DNA of 60,817 bases, filler included, from Dimargaris cristalligena (taxonomy: Eukaryota): NCBI GenBank assembly GCA_003614675.1. It is 2 parts of 2 records of this genome, joined end to end, with 100 filler letters (N's around TTAATTAATTAA, not from the genome) between each part and the next. Parts side by side here need not be neighbours in the genome. Positions count along the whole stretch, not along the records: positions 30,472 to 60,817 come from ML002461.1; 1 more part is not named here. One strand, written 5' to 3'. Under the pieces are notes generated by a model. That model was not told the origin of the DNA, made no database searches, and saw nothing but the letters and a program-made list of their open reading frames with translations. Below, piece by piece: positions 58,920 through 60,817 of the stretch (the stretch's first letter is position 1; each line of letters begins with the position of its first letter). The position numbers and the translations under genes were made by a program.

Positions 58920-59174
58920 ATGCGTTTCACCTCCTCCGCCGTCACCGTCTGCCTTTTGGGTCTCGTGGCTTTGTCGTTTGCCAATGCCAGTAACCCCGGA
59001 TCCGGACCTGATACCCATACCCCCAGCCATGGTTCTGATGTCGGTAGCCGTCCCTCTGGCAAAAGCAACATTTCCCCCCACTCTCCTGGCCAAGGCAAGA
59101 ATAAGCCTGCCTCGGACCGCAAGACCGATCCCTCCAAAGGCTCTAATGGCCCTGGTGGCCCCAATCACTACTAA
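58920..59174 (+). CDS. Small secreted Gly/Ser/Pro-rich protein (84 aa)
   Basis: Signal peptide MRFTSSAVTVCLLGLVALSFANA, Cys-free polar mature part, AAAATG context, TATAAATA at ~58764. Confidence 0.72.
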   Translation: MRFTSSAVTVCLLGLVALSFANASNPGSGPDTHTPSHGSDVGSRPSGKSNISPHSPGQGKNKPASDRKTDPSKGSNGPGGPNHY

Positions 59175-60339
59175 TCCGACCCAGGGTTCTTGTATTCTGA
59201 CCATTTTTCCTCCTAGTGGGGTGCCTTATGTTGCCCCAATAGGTTTTAAACTGTAAATTGTCTGATTGATTTTACTTACGCTTGCCACAAACCTTCCCAT
59301 TTCCAAATGGAAGATACCTCCCATGCTTGATTTATTTTGTTGACCCAACTATATCGTACTTGGAACCATTTTCACAATTCAATACTCTTTAAATTGTTGG
59401 TAACCATACCTTCACTGAAATTGACCTGGTATGCTCAGAATCCCCTTGACCATTCGCAAGTGTTGTATAATGGAAAATAAAAGTATCTACAGCTATATTG
59501 TTTCAAGGGATCAGATTTAATGTACAATGTTCACGTAAGTGCAGACACATACCCATAATTGGTGTCTTTTTACACCGGTGGGGCGCTGTTTAATTGTATC
59601 TCATGAGTGGCAATTTCTTCAAATAATCCGATATAGTTTATCAATTCGGTCCTAAACCATGCATATTCTACTATGGAGAGGGCTATCAGGCAGAAGCCAG
59701 AAGCTTTTGTATGAGATACGGGGAGGCAAAGGGTTGACTCCCTATTACTACACATTTGCTTCCTAAACTCAAAGGTTGTATTCGGCCATGTTAAAGGTAT
59801 ATAGATTAGGTTTGTTGAGAAATGTCCCAAAGGGTCTATTATTAGCTCCTGTTTCTGACTAAGTATGCTGGTTTATGTTTTTATTATATACCCTTTCGTT
59901 TTAACCACAAAATGCTTCCTGTCGACTATAGTATTTGATAAAACTAACTACCTAGAGGCACCCACAATCCCCCAAATGCTTTCTTTCCTTATAAACAGTA
60001 TCACTGGTACATCTTCAGTATTTCCAACACAAGTATCCCAGTACCATGCACCTAGGTCACTTTTCTATTATTATATATTTCTGTCCAAAGTAGTTAAAAA
60101 GCGATATATAACTTTATTGAATTACAGTATAGTACCTAATTTAATTTATTGTGATTTCATGGAGTGAATCGGCTGAGCGCCAAAGTTTTATAGAAAAGTG
60201 TAATTTTCATACGCTAAGCCAGGCAGTGGGCAATCAAGCTGAGGTGATTGTCTGGTATAAATGTACAAAAATAAATAAAAGAAGCAAAGGGATTCTGAGA
60301 CAAAAAGCCACCTATTTAGGCCACCAAATAATATAGATC

Positions 60340-60710
60340 TGGGTATATTTTGGCCTACATGTAGAAGGTTTTAAATGATGTGTATATAAGTATATGTGGT
60401 GGATTCATCTACAGTCAGTAGTATTTAACTTATCCAATGGTTTATTCACTATACAGCCTAGTTGAACTTCTCCCATATTAATTATGTCTGCTTGTTCACA
60501 TATGAAAGTAATTATACATCCATAATTATGAAGCATACTTAACCTACACCTACAAATTTAAGCCAACTAATAAGCAAATTATATTGAGTAAACCCTAATC
60601 AATTACATGATTTAATAATACTAAATAAAATCCATTTATTTTAGAATTTTTTGGTTATGTTATTTTTGGGTCAAGCTTAATATGGGAGTAGTTCAGCAAG
60701 GCTGTATAAC
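60340..60710. repeat. Degenerate copy of the ~140-bp repeat (60340-60478) plus an inverted terminal fragment (60678-60710)
   Basis: TATACAGCCTAGTTGAACTTCTCCCATATTA (~60450-60480) is an imperfect inverted repeat of TAATATGGGAGTAGTTCAGCAAGGCTGTATA (~60678-60708); both match the repeat end at 57019-57047. Confidence 0.7.
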
Positions 60711-60817
60711 AATGTCACCCGAGTTAACCACTCTCAGTCCATCAAGAGTCTCGGGGGTAGGCTTCTAACAGTAGGCGGGGCATTGGACACGGCCAAGCGG
60801 GCTACTAGTGTTAGGGG

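Noticed and set aside
60808-60817. Telomere at the window end (TTAGGGG)
   Set aside because: Single unit, no tandem array.

Overview
Eukaryotic (fungal) genomic DNA with GC-rich, intron-poor genes and AT-richer intergenic tracts. The gene repertoire (NT5DC, APEH, Aven-like and PIGBOS1-like, alongside AZF1, NCA2, GEM1 and SLP1) suggests an early-diverging fungus. Zoopagomycota is only an impression; I cannot identify the species. An artificial N-TTAATTAATTAA-N linker at 30372-30471 splits the window, so the two halves may not be truly adjacent. Housekeeping genes: AZF1-like TF, NT5DC 5'-nucleotidase, SERINC/TMS1, NCA2, ARPC5/ARC15, HEATR5/LAA1 (truncated by the gap), RNR2, LIP5, PIGBOS1-like microprotein, an S4/RluA-like plus HemK fusion, APEH, GEM1/Miro, SLP1 (SUN), Aven-like and RRP7. 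The standout is a family of intronless genes joining an N-terminal secretion signal to C-terminal C2H2 zinc fingers: 3415-4149, 22618-23340, a pseudogene at 696-1403, and a single-finger type at 8847-9146. The tandem-finger copies carry an (M/N)x(I/L)xxLL motif after the signal and have divergent DNA-recognition helices. They look like candidate secreted transcription-factor effectors, lying in gene-poor and partly CpG-eroded regions; that function is inference.
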